Program-made: the position numbers and the translations under genes
The notes under the pieces: generated by a model
Told to the model about the DNA's origin: nothing
Seen by the model: only the letters and a program-made list of their open reading frames with translations
Database searches by the model: none
From: an uncultured Gammaproteobacteria bacterium
Lineage (GTDB): Bacteria; Patescibacteriota; Microgenomatia; UBA12405
Length of the DNA stretch: 45,634 bases
Assembly: GCA_964538765.1 (NCBI GenBank)
Contig: CAZIHS010000004.1
Coordinates: 1 to 45,634 of the forward strand
Reading direction: 5' to 3'
Part shown: piece by piece, positions 44,811-45,634 of the stretch
Numbering within the stretch: position 1 is the first letter of the stretch
How the letters are laid out: each line of letters starts with the position of its first letter

Positions 44811-44976
44811 GCTTGCCTATGCTTTCTTATTTTGCCACACGGTCAAGGACGCTTCGGCAGCCTCTCATACCCGCTCTCGCGCTTTTGGGGCCGGCTGCCT
44901 GCGCGCGAGTCCTCCCCCGCCGCGGCGGGGGAGTCTTCTTGACTACGTGTGCTGGCATGAAGTTAAGCAGGCAAGC
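44811..44976. other. Structured non-coding element (RNA or ssDNA fold), family unknown
   Basis: Nested stems 44811-18/44969-76, 44821-24/44965-68, 44836-41/44946-51, 44842-47/44938-43; 22-nt perfect palindrome 44912-33; interleaved 7-bp helices 44856-62/44893-99 and 44876-82/44903-09. Confidence 0.6.
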
Positions 44977-45052
44977 ATTATTCAATGCCTGACCGGTACC
45001 CCTAAACTGGAGTGATTATTCTATTTGAATTATCCTTTTAAGGAGGTACTAA

Positions 45053-45304
45053 ATGAGCGCTATCAACAATGAAGTCAAACAGGAAATTTTAGGAAAAGTT
45101 AAATCAGGTGAGGAGGTTAAAAAAGTAGCTGCCCAGTATGGTGTGTCTGACCGAACTATCTATGCTTGGTTAAAGAAAGGAGTGACCAACAACATTTCAG
45201 TTTTGGAATTAGGAAAACTCCGGAAAGAAAACCAAATCCTTAAAGAGATTGTTGGCATCCTGACAGTAGAAGTTGAGAAACTAAAAAAAAAGACCAGGAA
45301 GTAA
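45053..45304 (+). CDS. IS3 transposase OrfA
   Basis: VAAQYGVSDRTIYAWLKK HTH and ELGKLRKENQILKEIV leucine zipper; SD AAGGAGGT at 45040-45047. Confidence 0.88.
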   Translation: MSAINNEVKQEILGKVKSGEEVKKVAAQYGVSDRTIYAWLKKGVTNNISVLELGKLRKENQILKEIVGILTVEVEKLKKKTRK

Positions 45305-45587
45305 AAGTACTTTTTATCGGGAATTAACCAAGTTTGTCAAAGAAGAATTAGCCACTAGAGCTATCCAACTTAAAGATAATTTGGTGGCTAAGTTTCTGGG
45401 AATCTCCCAGTCGGTTTTCTTTTACCAGCCCAAATTGACCCATGAAAACGAGAACCTTAGGGAGCAAATTCTCTCTGTTCTGTCAGCCAACCCCGCCTAT
45501 GGTCACCGAAGAATCGCCATTGCTTTAAGTGCAGGAAAGAAAAGGGTCAGGAGGGTGATGAAACTTTATGGGATTAAACCGCAATAA
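45285..45587 (+). pseudogene. IS3 transposase OrfB N-terminal part, truncated
   Basis: Frame open from 45285 (KKRPGSKSTFYR...) to TAA 45585-45587; lacks the DDE domain. Confidence 0.75.
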
Positions 45588-45634
45588 CTCAATACCTTGG
45601 AAACGATAGTCTGTGTTTGGCAAAAACATGAGAG

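Larger units (their letters stand above)
44990..45587 (+). mobile_element. IS3-family insertion sequence, truncated; left end at 44990
   Basis: TG-initiated end TGACCGGTACCCCTAAACTGG; OrfA HTH; OrfB with HTH_21-like PAYGHRRIA...RVRRVMKLYGIKP; stop at 45585 before any integrase core; right IR not seen. Confidence 0.85.

Noticed and set aside
44856-44909. HDV-like ribozyme
   Set aside because: No P3/L3 hairpin between P2 and P1', and no P4 or J4/2 segment on either strand.
44692-45015. 107-aa plus-strand ORF across the structured element
   Set aside because: GC-rich stop-poor sequence that runs into the IS3 end; no protein-like motifs.

Overview
Chromosomal segment of a Patescibacteria (CPR) bacterium, most likely Microgenomates (inferred from gene content and order). 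It uses the standard code 11: rnpA and rpmH end at TGA at the expected lengths. The core is the replication-origin gene block (jag-yidC-yidD-rnpA-rpmH <> dnaA-dnaN). Two halves of the CPR T4SS-like gene set flank it: six tandem VirB2/TrbC-like pilins, a GH-like secreted protein and a VirB6-like membrane protein at 13-19 kb, and PrgI, a TraE-like protein, VirB4 and an M23 peptidase at 36-43 kb. The left third holds a tightly coupled minus-strand run: 7TM protein, ATP-grasp/aspartyl-protease fusion, two RimK-like ligases, then three cohesin/dockerin surface proteins, tRNA-Ile(GAT) and a GH18. Also present are ftsH, an RNHCP protein, a DUF4012 protein, a flippase, an O-antigen ligase and a stand-alone 5'-3' exonuclease. 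Both window ends look like foreign DNA that has cut into host genes. On the left, an element end with a GC-rich hairpin is fused to the headless 3' part of a phosphodiester-glycosidase gene that the ORF track misses. On the right are a gene remnant, a ~165-nt highly structured element with a possible pseudoknot, and a truncated IS3 whose two ORFs are joined by an A9 run in the non-canonical frame. Many host genes have a (often extended) -10 box only 5-9 nt before the start codon and no Shine-Dalgarno, suggesting widespread leaderless transcription. All family assignments are by motif recognition; no searches were run.
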